NCBI GenBank assembly: GCA_022827785.1
Contig: JAJEIM010000006.1
Span: 15,842 to 79,841, forward strand
Length of the DNA stretch: 64,000 nucleotides
Source: Acidimicrobiia bacterium
GTDB lineage: Bacteria; Actinomycetota; Acidimicrobiia; Spongiisociales; Spongiisociaceae
Reading direction: 5' to 3'
Made by a program: the position numbers and the translations under genes. Positions 18,896 through 28,216 of the stretch are shown here, one piece after another (the first letter of the stretch is position 1; each line of letters opens with the position of its first letter). Under the pieces are notes generated by a model. It had not been told where the DNA came from, searched no databases, and saw only the letters and a program-made list of their open reading frames with translations.

Positions 18896-20370
18896 GTCCG
18901 TTCTTCCCTGCTGAACCGGCCGGCGGCCCGTAGGCCCAGATAGGCAAGCATCGCCCCGACCTGGAGCCAGTCTCCCCAGCGGGCGTAGAGGGTGGGGCCC
19001 GCCGTCCGGGCGGCGGGGACGCCGCTGGTGGTGGTGGTCTCGAAAAGTTCGGTGCGGCCCTCCACCCGCCCATCGGCGTAAACGAAGGCGGACTTGCCGG
19101 TCACCGCGGCGTGGACCAGGTCCACCCCCAACTCGGCCGCCCTCATCCGGCTGATGGCGATCAACTGGTCACTGGCCGGCGTCCTTCCGAACGAGGCCTC
19201 GTTGGTCGCCAGCACCAGAAAGGCCGCACCCTCCCGCACGGCCTCCCGCTCGTAGCGAGCGTAGGCCCCTTCGTAGCTGATGACCGAGCCGAATCGAACC
19301 CCATCGAGGTTGAACAACACCTGTTCCCGGCCCCGGACCATGTCTCGTGGAACCCGGTCGAGGGCCGGCACCACCTCGAAGATGGCGCGGAGGGGGACGT
19401 ACTCGCCGAACGGCACCGGATGCCGTTTCCGGTAGGTGCCGACGACGGCGCCGCTCGGCCCGAAGACCACATTGATGTTCTCGAAGTGATCGGGTCCCGC
19501 GTCGAGGTCTCCCCCCACCAGTACCGATGCGTCAAGCCGGACGGCCTCGGCGCCGATGGCCTCCGCCACCGAGGGATCCCGGAGCGGGTCGGCGCTGCCT
19601 CCGGTGGAACTCTCGGGCCAGACCACCAGGTCGGGACCCGGTTCCAGAGCGCGGGTCAGCGCCAGGTGACTCTCGTAGATGAGCCGGCGCTCGCCCAGGC
19701 AACGCGTCCCTGGGCAGGGTGAGTTCCCTTGCACGATCGTTACCGAGCGCGTTTCCCCTTCCGGGATCGCCGGCCAGACGTTTCCGGCCAAACCCAGCAA
19801 CACCACGGTTCCGGATGCCGCGGCCAGGACCCTCCAGGAGCAGCGCCGGCGCATCACCAGCACCGACAGGGCCGCCACGGCTGCCAGCAGGACTCCCCAG
19901 CCGGTGGCTCCGAACCACTGAGCGGAAGGCCGCAGGGGCGTGGCGCCGGCCATCACACCGATCGATCCCCACGGGAAGCCCCCGAAGGGCCACCGCACCC
20001 GCAGGAACTCGGCCAGCGCCGCCGCTCCCGCCGTCGCCACCACGAATACCCACGGGGCGGCATCCCGGTAGCGGAAAATCCCGCCGGCGACGATCAGGAA
20101 TGCCAGAGCCTGCACCATCGCCAAGGGGTAGTAGGCGATCAGTTCCACCTCGATGAGCCAGGAGAGGATCACTGCGAAGTAGGCCAGTCCGAACAGGTAG
20201 CCGGACCACAGGGCGACCGGTCGGGTGCCGGCCGTCGCCACCAGCCAGACGAAGCCCACCAGGCCCAACCAGGCGAGAGAGGTCCACTCGTACGGCGGGT
20301 AGCCGAAGGCCGCCATGATGCCGGCCACCAAAGCGCCGATCAGCCGCAGGGTTGTCACCGTCCACGCCAC
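18892..20370 (-). CDS. lnt: apolipoprotein N-acyltransferase
   Basis: Six to seven N-terminal TM segments, then a CN-hydrolase domain with the E...K...C catalytic triad context (VVWPESS...YRKRHPVPFGEYVP...FGSVISYEGAY). Confidence 0.85.
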   Translation of the reverse strand: MAWTVTTLRLIGALVAGIMAAFGYPPYEWTSLAWLGLVGFVWLVATAGTRPVALWSGYLFGLAYFAVILSWLIEVELIAYYPLAMVQALAFLIVAGGIFRYRDAAPWVFVVATAGAAALAEFLRVRWPFGGFPWGSIGVMAGATPLRPSAQWFGATGWGVLLAAVAALSVLVMRRRCSWRVLAAASGTVVLLGLAGNVWPAIPEGETRSVTIVQGNSPCPGTRCLGERRLIYESHLALTRALEPGPDLVVWPESSTGGSADPLRDPSVAEAIGAEAVRLDASVLVGGDLDAGPDHFENINVVFGPSGAVVGTYRKRHPVPFGEYVPLRAIFEVVPALDRVPRDMVRGREQVLFNLDGVRFGSVISYEGAYARYEREAVREGAAFLVLATNEASFGRTPASDQLIAISRMRAAELGVDLVHAAVTGKSAFVYADGRVEGRTELFETTTTSGVPAARTAGPTLYARWGDWLQVGAMLAYLGLRAAGRFSREERT

Positions 20371-20538
20371 CGGCGGGATTGTACGTAGGTCGCATCGCAG
20401 TGCTCGGCGGCGTCCCTATTACCCGGAATCGGGCGCGCCCGGCCGTAAGATGATGCCCGATCACGCACCGGATGGCAACGGCGGGGTAGCGCGCCCCAGC
20501 CCTTATCCACAGTCGAGAGTCCAAGGAGGGTGCTTCCC

Positions 20539-21360
20539 GTGACTGCCCTTGACGTGGACCTGCGAACCGACCTCGAAGTGGCGCTCACCGCCGCGCGCGC
20601 CGGCGCCCGCGTAGTACGCAGGTCCTTCGGACAGGACATCGACCCGGACCTCAAAGGAGTGGTCGATCCGGTGACCGAAGTGGACCGGGCCGCCGAGGGG
20701 GCCATCCTGGAGGTCCTGGGAACCCTGCGCCCGGAGGACGAGGTGCTGGGCGAGGAAGGGGGCGGTCAGACGGAGGCGGTGGGGCGGCGGTGGATCGTGG
20801 ATCCGCTTGACGGCACCGTCAACTTCCTGCATGGCCACCCGCACGTGTCGGTATCCGTGGGGCTCTGGGACGGTGACGAGCCGGTAGCGGGCGTGGTAGT
20901 CGACGTGCTGCGAGACGAGGTGTTCAGCGCGGTGCGAGGGCAGGGCGCGTATCTCGACGGCCGGCCGATCCGCGTATCTTCCCGTACCAACCTCCAGGAA
21001 TGTCTGATCGGGACCGGATTCCCGTACGACCGCCACCTGAACGGCCCTGCCTACGCCGCCGCGGCCGGAGAGGTGATGAGAAGTGTGCGGGACATACGCC
21101 GGCTCGGGTCGGCCGCGCTGGACTTCGCCTGGGTGGCATGCGGGCGTTTCGACGGCTTCTGGGAGTTCGGCATCTATCCGTGGGACGTGGCGGCGGGGTT
21201 GCTGCTGGTCGAGGAGGCAGGCGGATTGACGGCCGACATGGTCACCAGCCCGGCCGGGGTGGACTCCACCCACTTCATCATCGCTGCGCCGGGAATATAC
21301 GAACCGCTGGTGAACCTGATCCGCTCGGTTGCCCCACCCCATGTTCGGGCCGGTACTTGA
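20539..21360 (+). CDS. inositol monophosphatase family protein
   Basis: IMPase motifs: EEGG...WIVDPLDGTVNFLHG and WDVAAG. The start is GTG (VTALDVDL). Confidence 0.8.
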   Translation: MTALDVDLRTDLEVALTAARAGARVVRRSFGQDIDPDLKGVVDPVTEVDRAAEGAILEVLGTLRPEDEVLGEEGGGQTEAVGRRWIVDPLDGTVNFLHGHPHVSVSVGLWDGDEPVAGVVVDVLRDEVFSAVRGQGAYLDGRPIRVSSRTNLQECLIGTGFPYDRHLNGPAYAAAAGEVMRSVRDIRRLGSAALDFAWVACGRFDGFWEFGIYPWDVAAGLLLVEEAGGLTADMVTSPAGVDSTHFIIAAPGIYEPLVNLIRSVAPPHVRAGT

Positions 21361-22339
21361 GCAGCCGGCCCGGGGTTGGTTGCCTGCCGGCGACGCCATC
21401 GCGGCCTTCTGGCAGGAATGGCCCCGGTTGCGGGACCTGCTGGAACAGGAACTGGACCGGGGTGACTACGGAGACGGCACGGAGCAGCTGACGGACCTCA
21501 CCGAGGCGATCGATCCCGGACTCGAGTGGGACCTCCTGCCGGGACTTGAAGCGCGGCACGCCCTCTGCCTGAGCGCCGCCTCGGACCCTGCTCTGCGACC
21601 GCTCACCGAGCAATGGGTCAGGGCTGCGCCGGACCCCGATGGCGGATGGGAGTACCACCCGGCCCGGGTTGCCGTCACGCCGGTAGCGCTCGCCGTGGGA
21701 AATCTCCGGATACACCCGCGCGATGTCCTGGTGGTGATCGAGGCCGACCAGAGCCGGGAGGACCTGAACCTGACGGTCGGTCATCCCGACTTTGCCGACT
21801 TGGATGAGGTCCTGCAGCTGCAGGTGGTGTTCCGTCTCCTGGACGACCTTCTGGGCGAGGACCTGATGGAGAGCTGGATCGGATCGGTGGACGTGGTCCC
21901 CCACCCGCTCTCGTGGGGGATTCCGCTACTCGATCTGGCGGACGAGGTCCACCGCCTGTCCGCCTCGGCCACCGGCCAGAGGTGGGAGTTCAGCGAGGAG
22001 GAGGACGCGGAGCTGGGTGAGAGCCGGCTCTTCATCAACCGGGCCCTGAAGCGGCTCCACCACCTGGACCTGGACTTCGTGGTGACGGTCAGCATCGAGG
22101 TTCAGTCGTTCGATCCGGTGCTGGTCAGGGAGGTGGAGAAGGACCTGGCCGGTGTCCTAGGCGCGGAAGGCGTGATCTACGCCCATCGAGCCTTCGATGA
22201 CTTCACCGTGCTCTACGCGTACGTCGGGGAGGGAGCTGCCGACGATGTCCGGCGGCTGGCAGATCGATGGTCCCCCCAGGTTTACGAGGTCTTGGTCGAA
22301 CCCGATCCCGCCTGGGACACCTACGAGGAGATGCGTTAG
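21341..22339 (+). CDS. hypothetical protein, possible DUF695/RraB-like C-terminal half
   Basis: 333-aa acidic ORF with good GC3. Its start overlaps the IMPase gene end. Its stop TAG is immediately followed by the ATG of the M3 peptidase, indicating translational coupling. No confident family. Confidence 0.5.
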   Translation: MFGPVLEQPARGWLPAGDAIAAFWQEWPRLRDLLEQELDRGDYGDGTEQLTDLTEAIDPGLEWDLLPGLEARHALCLSAASDPALRPLTEQWVRAAPDPDGGWEYHPARVAVTPVALAVGNLRIHPRDVLVVIEADQSREDLNLTVGHPDFADLDEVLQLQVVFRLLDDLLGEDLMESWIGSVDVVPHPLSWGIPLLDLADEVHRLSASATGQRWEFSEEEDAELGESRLFINRALKRLHHLDLDFVVTVSIEVQSFDPVLVREVEKDLAGVLGAEGVIYAHRAFDDFTVLYAYVGEGAADDVRRLADRWSPQVYEVLVEPDPAWDTYEEMR

Positions 22340-24295
22340 ATGCTCTTCGATTACACGTCCGTCACGTCCCGGTCGGTGGTTGCCGCCGTGGAGGCGGCCG
22401 TCGCCCGCGGTGAGGGTCTGATCGAGGAGATACTCTCGGTGCGAGGGTCGCGCACGTTCGCCAACACCTTGCGGCCTTTCGAGGAAGTAGCCCGCCTGGG
22501 TGCCCTCGCGTACGGCAGGGGACCCTTCCTCGGCCAGGTGGCAGCGGACGAGACTGTCCGCACGGCGGCCCGGGAGGGTGAGGAGCGCTTGGAGAAGTGG
22601 GCCCTCGACCTGATCTCGCGGCGCGATCTCTACCGGGCCATCCGTGACTACGCGGGCACTGACGACGCCGCGGCTCTGGCCGGCGAGCCGGCTCGAGCGC
22701 TCGATCACGCCTTGCGCGACTTCCGCATGGCGGGTCACGAACTGAGCGAGGAGAACCGGTCCCGGGTGCGGGAACTGCTCACCCGGCTGGTCAGCTGCCA
22801 GGTCTCCTTCTCCGCCGCCCTGGCCGAGTACGAGGATCATTTGGAGGTCTCCGAGGCGGACCTCGAAGGCATGCCTGATTCGTACGTGGCGCGGCTGGCG
22901 CCGGGTGAATCCGAAGGCTCGTACCGCATCACCATGGCCTATCCGGATGTGATCCCGTTCATGGAGAACTCACCGCGCCGCGATCTGAGGCAGGCGCTGG
23001 CCCTCAAGTTCGGCAACCGGGCGAGGGAGGAGAATACCCAGGTTCTCGAGCAAGCTCTGGCGATCCGGGCCCGTCTGGCAGCCACCTTCGGCGCACCCTC
23101 GTGGGCGCACCACAGCATGGTGAAGAAGATGGCCCGCCGGCCCGAGGCGGTGACGGGCTTCTACGGTTCGATACTCGACCGCCTGACCGAGGCAGGCCTT
23201 CGGGAGCGGGCCGCCATGGAGCGGCTGCTCGAGGCCCGCGATGATGTGCTGCCCGTCCAGCCTTGGGACCGCGCCTACTGCCACACCGAGCAGATGAAGC
23301 AGGAGTACGGAGTGGACCCGCTCGAGGTGGCCGCCTACTTTCCTCTTGACCAGGTGGTCGCCGGGATGTTCGAGATCACCCAGCGGGTGTTCGGGCTCAC
23401 CTACCAGCAGGTCGATGCGCCGGTCTGGCACGAGGAGGTGCTTGCCTACCGGATCACCGACACCGCCTCGGGCGAGCTGGTGGCCTACTTCTACATGGAT
23501 TTGCATCCCCGCGACGGCAAGTTCGGGCACGCCGCCGCCTTCCCGCTGGCGCCCGGCGGTTTGGATATCGAGGGTGGCCACCACCGGCCGGTGAGCGCCA
23601 TGGTGGCGAACCTGACCCGCCCGACTCCCGATACCCCCTCGTTGCTCGTGCACGACGAGGTGGTCACTCTGTTCCACGAGTTCGGCCACATCCTCCACAT
23701 GTCGCTTTCCCGGGCCGAGTTGGCGCGGTTCAGCGGTTCGCGAACCGAGTGGGACTTCGTGGAGGCGCCGTCCCAGATCATGGAGAACTGGTGCTGGATC
23801 CCCGACGTTCTCGGGACCTTCGCCCGCCACTACGCCACCGGGGAGCCGATCCCGCCGGAACTCGTGACCCGTCTGACCGATGCCCGGAACCTGAACGTCG
23901 CCCTCTTCAACCTCCGCCAGGTGATGCTCGGCCAGATCGACCTGGATTTGCACACCACCCTCGATCCGGTCGATCTGGAGGGAGTGTTGCGGAGCCGGGC
24001 CCGGACCGGCCTCCTCCCGCACCACGAAGGAACGTTCATGCTCTCGTCGTTCGGCCACCTCCTGGGCGGGTACGACGCCGGCTACTACGGGTACCTGTGG
24101 GCCGAGGTGTTCGGCCAGGACATGTTCAGCCGCTTCGCCGAGGAGGGGGTGCTCTCCACCGAGGTGGGGATGGCCTACCGCCGCAAGGTGCTCGAGCCCG
24201 GAGGGACAAGGGATGCCATCGACCTGCTGCAGGACTTCCTAGGGCGGGAGCCTCGTAGCGACGCCTTTCTCCGCAAGCTCGGCCTCGAGGGCTGA
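22340..24295 (+). CDS. M3-family zinc metallo-oligopeptidase (oligopeptidase A / Dcp-like)
   Basis: HEFGH zinc-binding motif (LFHEFGHILH), and M3 C-terminal blocks GGYDAGYYGYLW and EPGG. Confidence 0.85.
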   Translation: MLFDYTSVTSRSVVAAVEAAVARGEGLIEEILSVRGSRTFANTLRPFEEVARLGALAYGRGPFLGQVAADETVRTAAREGEERLEKWALDLISRRDLYRAIRDYAGTDDAAALAGEPARALDHALRDFRMAGHELSEENRSRVRELLTRLVSCQVSFSAALAEYEDHLEVSEADLEGMPDSYVARLAPGESEGSYRITMAYPDVIPFMENSPRRDLRQALALKFGNRAREENTQVLEQALAIRARLAATFGAPSWAHHSMVKKMARRPEAVTGFYGSILDRLTEAGLRERAAMERLLEARDDVLPVQPWDRAYCHTEQMKQEYGVDPLEVAAYFPLDQVVAGMFEITQRVFGLTYQQVDAPVWHEEVLAYRITDTASGELVAYFYMDLHPRDGKFGHAAAFPLAPGGLDIEGGHHRPVSAMVANLTRPTPDTPSLLVHDEVVTLFHEFGHILHMSLSRAELARFSGSRTEWDFVEAPSQIMENWCWIPDVLGTFARHYATGEPIPPELVTRLTDARNLNVALFNLRQVMLGQIDLDLHTTLDPVDLEGVLRSRARTGLLPHHEGTFMLSSFGHLLGGYDAGYYGYLWAEVFGQDMFSRFAEEGVLSTEVGMAYRRKVLEPGGTRDAIDLLQDFLGREPRSDAFLRKLGLEG

Positions 24296-24329
24296 GCTTC
24301 CGTCCGGAAGCCCAGCCCTCCTCTGGTTC

Positions 24330-24527
24330 TCAGGCCTCGCCAAGAATGTGGCCGCGTACCCGGGGGAAGTGGACGGGGGCGTGGGCGTTGCAGTAGTCCC
24401 GGCGGTTGTAGATGGATATCTTGGTGGAGCATCCATCCTGGCGGCAGACCCGGCCCCTCTTGTAGGAACGGGACGGACGGATTCCGCCCCGCAGTCGGAG
24501 GCCGGCTAGAGCTTCAGACACGATCAC
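24330..24527 (-). CDS. small Cys/His-rich hypothetical protein, possible zinc ribbon
   Basis: 65 codons, GTG start, high GC3. It contains C-x5-C...C-x2-H (RVCRQDGCSTKISIYNRRDYCNAH). It is divergent from copZ-copA. No family assignment. Confidence 0.35.
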   Translation of the reverse strand: MIVSEALAGLRLRGGIRPSRSYKRGRVCRQDGCSTKISIYNRRDYCNAHAPVHFPRVRGHILGEA

Positions 24528-24670
24528 TCACTTTCCTCAGTCCCCCTTGCGTATCCCGTATAACGCCCCGACCGTCCGGGTTGTTCCGTGTTCTTGCCCC
24601 GACTCCCGGAAAGCTGACGGTTTTGCGAAGGGTGGAGTAAGCCCTGCCCAGGTCGCAGTACCACGTGGCT

Positions 24671-24697
24671 CACGCCGTGTTCACTGCATGCGGCGTG
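24671..24697. promoter_or_regulatory. 7-bp inverted repeat CACGCCG-N13-CGGCGTG, 50 nt upstream of copZ
   Basis: Read from the sequence. It lies in the copZ/copA promoter region next to a CCACGTGG palindrome. Candidate operator or leader hairpin. Confidence 0.3.
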
Positions 24698-24746
24698 GGG
24701 CTACGCTAGGACCAGTGATTATCCCCGCGAGTCACAGGAGCCCCAC

Positions 24747-24998
24747 ATGAGCACAACAGACGTCGCCAATACCGCCGAGGTGGTGTTCGAGGTGTCCGGG
24801 ATGACCTGTGGTTCGTGTGCGGCCCGCATCCAGGAAGTGCTGGTCGACCAGGCCGGTGTGGAGGAAGCAGCGGTGGACGTCGCCTCGAACCGGGCCACGG
24901 TCGTGCTGGCCGCGCCGGGCACGGTCGATGGCCTGACCGCGGCGGTGGAGGAGATCGGCTACGGCCTGACACCTGTCCCCTCCGGGAGCCCCGCATGA
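24747..24998 (+). CDS. copZ: copper chaperone CopZ (HMA domain)
   Basis: [12 protein letters not shown] heavy-metal-associated motif in an 83-aa protein. The stop overlaps the copA ATG (ATGA). Confidence 0.85.
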   Translation: MSTTDVANTAEVVFEVSGMTCGSCAARIQEVLVDQAGVEEAAVDVASNRATVVLAAPGTVDGLTAAVEEIGYGLTPVPSGSPA

Positions 24999-25245
24999 GC
25001 ACAACGGACGTAGCCGCTCCCGCCGATGCCGCCGAGGTGGTGTTCGACGTGTCGGGGATGACCTGTGGTTCGTGTGCGGCCCGCATCCAGAAGGTGCTGG
25101 TCGACCAAGTCGGTGTGGAGGAGGCGGCGGTGGACGTCGCCTCGAACCGGGCCATGGTCGTGCTGGCCGCGCCGGGCACGGTCGATGGCCTGACCGCGGC
25201 GGTGGAGGAGATCGGCTACGGCCTGGCGCCAGTCCCCGCCAGGGA
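24747..25245 (+). repeat. tandem direct duplication of about 245 bp, HMA domain copied twice at over 90% nucleotide identity
   Basis: copZ (24747..24990) and the first approx 250 nt of copA (24995..25245) align almost base for base, with one 9-nt indel. Both copies begin MSTTDVA...[18 protein letters not shown]. Confidence 0.8.
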
Positions 25246-27172
25246 GGAGACCCGGGACGTCGAGCGCGAGGATGCGCTGGAGCGCCGGATCGGGTGGCGC
25301 CGCTTCGTGGTGGCGGCTGCGATGGCCCTGCCCACCATCGTCCTGGCCATGGGGGGTGTCGATGCCGTTTGGTCGGATTGGCTGCAGGCCGTTCTCGCCT
25401 CCGGAGCGGTTCTCTGGGCGGGGCGCACCTTCCACCTGGTGGCCTGGAAGCGGCTCCGCCACGGCGCGGCCAGCATGGACACGCTCATCAGCCTCGGCAC
25501 GCTGGCCTCCTGGGGGTACTCGGTATGGGCACTCTTCTCCGGCGGAGCGCTCTTCTTCGAGACCGGTGCCGCCATCGTCATGTTCGTACTGCTCGGCCGC
25601 TACCTGGAAGCGCGCGCCAAGGGCCGGGCCTCCCAAGCCGTGTCCCGGCTCCTGGAGCTCCGGGGCAACGACGCCCGGGTGCTCCGCGGTGGATCCTGGG
25701 TCACCATGCCCATCGAGGAAGTGGTGGTGGGGGATCAGGTGGAGGTGGTACCCGGAGGACGGGTTCCGGTCGACGGGACGGTGCTGGAGGGGGTCGGCGA
25801 GGTCGACGAGTCGATGCTGACCGGAGAGCCCATGCCGGTGGCGCGCCGGCCGGGAGACCGTGTCGTCGGGGGAACGGTCAACCAGACGGGTCGCCTGGTC
25901 ATCGAGGTCACCGAGGTGGGCGAGGACACCGTTCTGGCCGAGGTGGTACGGATAGTCGAACGGTCCCGGGCCACCAAGGCGCCGATCCAGCGCCTGGCGG
26001 ACCGGGTGTCGGGCGTCTTCGTTCCGGTGGTGGTGGTCGTGGCGGCGGCCACGCTGATAGGTTGGCTGGTCGCGACCGGAGACTGGGCGGACGCGCTGCG
26101 TAGCGCGGTGGCGGTGCTGATCATCGCCTGCCCCTGCGCGCTCGGTCTGGCCACTCCTACGGCCATCGCGGTCGGGGCCGGACGGGGCGCCGAACTCGGC
26201 GTGATATTCCGCTCGGCCGAGGTGTTCGAGCGGATGGAGAAGCTGGGACGGGTGGCGCTCGACAAGACCGGCACGCTGACCACCGGGCAGATGACCCTCC
26301 ACTCGGTGGAGTCCGACCATCCCGACTTCCTGGCACGGGTGGCGGGCGTGGAGGCCGGCACCGGGCATCCGCTGGGCCGGGCGGTGGAGGCCGGCGCGGT
26401 CGAGCGAGGTGTCCAGCCACTGAAGGCCCGTGACGTCAGCGTGTTCCCCGGCATGGGAGCGGAGGGCACTGTCGAAGGCACGGTCGTGACGGTGGGGACG
26501 TCAGATCTGATGGAGAATCGCGGCATGGCGGTGGACGCCCGCTGGACCGAGGCGCTGGACCGGGCCGGAGGCCGGGGCCGGACCGCCTTCCTGGCCGGCT
26601 GGGACGGCGCCGTCTACGGGGTGATGACGGTCAGCGACACCCCCCGATCGTCATCAGCCGGCGCCATCGCCGCTCTGAACGAACGGAATCTCACCACCGC
26701 CATGCTCACCGGAGACGCCCCCACCGCCGCCCGGGTGGTGGCGGACCAGCTGGGTATCACGGAGGTGCATGCCCGCCTCTCGCCGCAGCAGAAGGCCAAC
26801 CTCATCGAGTCCTGGCAGGACGAGGGCCAGGCCGTGGCGTTCGTCGGAGACGGCGTCAACGACGCTCCGGCGCTGGCGGTGGCGTCCGTCGGGATGGGGA
26901 TCGGGACCGGCAGCGACCTGGCTATCGAGACCGCCGACGTGAGCCTGATGTCGGGCAATCCGGGGCTGGCGGTGACTGCCGTCGACCTGGCACGACGTAT
27001 CCTGCGCGGCATCCGGCAGAATCTCTGGTGGGCCTTCGCCTACAACGTGGCGGCCATCCCACTGGCCGCCGCCGGACTGCTCGACCCGATGGTCGCCTCC
27101 GTCGCCATGGCCCTGTCCAGCGTTTCGGTGGTGGCCAACAGCCTCCGCATGCGGAATTGGTCCCCCAAGTAG
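24995..27172 (+). CDS. copA: copper-translocating P1B-type ATPase
   Basis: N-terminal HMA domain, CPC transmembrane metal site ([11 protein letters not shown]), DKTGTLT phosphorylation site, [10 protein letters not shown] hinge. The real start is the internal ATG at 24995. The 24815 start of the track ORF is out-of-frame read-through of copZ. Confidence 0.9.
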   Translation: MSTTDVAAPADAAEVVFDVSGMTCGSCAARIQKVLVDQVGVEEAAVDVASNRAMVVLAAPGTVDGLTAAVEEIGYGLAPVPAREETRDVEREDALERRIGWRRFVVAAAMALPTIVLAMGGVDAVWSDWLQAVLASGAVLWAGRTFHLVAWKRLRHGAASMDTLISLGTLASWGYSVWALFSGGALFFETGAAIVMFVLLGRYLEARAKGRASQAVSRLLELRGNDARVLRGGSWVTMPIEEVVVGDQVEVVPGGRVPVDGTVLEGVGEVDESMLTGEPMPVARRPGDRVVGGTVNQTGRLVIEVTEVGEDTVLAEVVRIVERSRATKAPIQRLADRVSGVFVPVVVVVAAATLIGWLVATGDWADALRSAVAVLIIACPCALGLATPTAIAVGAGRGAELGVIFRSAEVFERMEKLGRVALDKTGTLTTGQMTLHSVESDHPDFLARVAGVEAGTGHPLGRAVEAGAVERGVQPLKARDVSVFPGMGAEGTVEGTVVTVGTSDLMENRGMAVDARWTEALDRAGGRGRTAFLAGWDGAVYGVMTVSDTPRSSSAGAIAALNERNLTTAMLTGDAPTAARVVADQLGITEVHARLSPQQKANLIESWQDEGQAVAFVGDGVNDAPALAVASVGMGIGTGSDLAIETADVSLMSGNPGLAVTAVDLARRILRGIRQNLWWAFAYNVAAIPLAAAGLLDPMVASVAMALSSVSVVANSLRMRNWSPK

Positions 27173-27226
27173 GAGGGCCGTCGCCGAGCTTCCGCTTCAT
27201 GGCGCCGCTCGCTACGATTCCGTAGC

Positions 27227-28072
27227 GTGGCGACCGATGTCGAATGGCTTGAGGAGCATTCGTTACGAGAACCGGTAGCGGTGCTGGCCTTCGAGGGCTG
27301 GAACGACGCCTCCGACGCCGCCTCCAGGGTGCTCTACTACCTCATGGAGAACCATGATGTCACCCCGCTGGCCCGGCTCGACCTCGAGAACTACGTCGAC
27401 TATCAGGAATCCCGGCCGCTGGTCACGTTGGAAGGTTCTGTACGGGAGATCCGCTGGCCTACGGTCGGAGTCTTCGGCCTCGCCATACCCGAACACTCCC
27501 ACGACCTGGTCCTGGTCCTCGGTGAGGAGCCTCACCTGCGGTGGCGCCGGTTCTGCCTGGAGGTGGCTTCCGTGCTCCGGCAAGTGGGAGTTCGCCAAGC
27601 CGTGGCCCTCGGAGCGTTTATCGGCGAGATCGCCCACACCCTCCCGGTACCGATCTTCGGAAGCTCATCGGATCCCAACTTCGCCGACCGGTTCGGATTG
27701 CACGCCTCGGCCTACGAGGGGCCGACCGGCATCACCGGGGTCATCACCACGGCGCTCGAGGACGAAGGCATCGAGGCGGCAGGTATCTGGGCCGGTATAC
27801 CCCACTATCTGGCGGCCAACCCCAGCCCTACCGGGACGCGGGCGCTCCTGTACGCGCTCGGTGACGTGATCGGCCGACGCTTCGACGTCAAGGACCTCGA
27901 TGAGGAGGTGGCCGACTACGAGGCGCGTGTGCAGGAGGCGATCGCCGGATCCAGCGAATTGGTCGGATACGTTCGGGGCCTGGAGGCGGAGAGCGAGAAG
28001 CGGGCCATATCGCTGACCAGCAGCCGCCGCCTCGTGGAGGAGATCGAGCGCTTCCTGCGCAACCCGAACTAG
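27227..28072 (+). CDS. PAC2-family protein (proteasome assembly chaperone-like)
   Basis: GTG start. Actinobacterial PAC2/ATP-grasp-like family sequence (EPVAVLAFEGWNDASDAASRV...GIPHYLA). Confidence 0.7.
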   Translation: MATDVEWLEEHSLREPVAVLAFEGWNDASDAASRVLYYLMENHDVTPLARLDLENYVDYQESRPLVTLEGSVREIRWPTVGVFGLAIPEHSHDLVLVLGEEPHLRWRRFCLEVASVLRQVGVRQAVALGAFIGEIAHTLPVPIFGSSSDPNFADRFGLHASAYEGPTGITGVITTALEDEGIEAAGIWAGIPHYLAANPSPTGTRALLYALGDVIGRRFDVKDLDEEVADYEARVQEAIAGSSELVGYVRGLEAESEKRAISLTSSRRLVEEIERFLRNPN

Positions 28073-28091
28073 CTGCGTTCGGCGCCCCGCC

Positions 28092-28142
28092 GCTGCGTTC
28101 CGCGGCCTCAACGTACCTTGCGCGTACGCCTTCGTCAGCGGG
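28092..28142 (+). promoter_or_regulatory. bipartite leader motif GCTGCGTTCCGC-N26-CTTCGTCAGCGGG, copy B, 75 nt upstream of the bS22 micro-ORF
   Basis: Same boxes and spacing as 11086..11137. An additional partial box GCTGCGTTCGGCG sits at 28072..28084, directly after the PAC2 stop. Confidence 0.4.
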
Positions 28143-28216
28143 TCCAGCCCCTATCCGGTTTGCGGCTGTCGGGTCCAGCGACAACAATCGGGGCTAGACC
28201 GGAATAAGGATGTGTA

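Noticed and set aside
24706-25179. Mirrored minus-strand ORFs (157 aa and 67 aa) and paired plus-strand ORFs across copZ and the copA 5' end
   Set aside because: These are products of the tandem HMA duplication in a high-GC context. They are antisense to clearly conserved HMA coding sequence.
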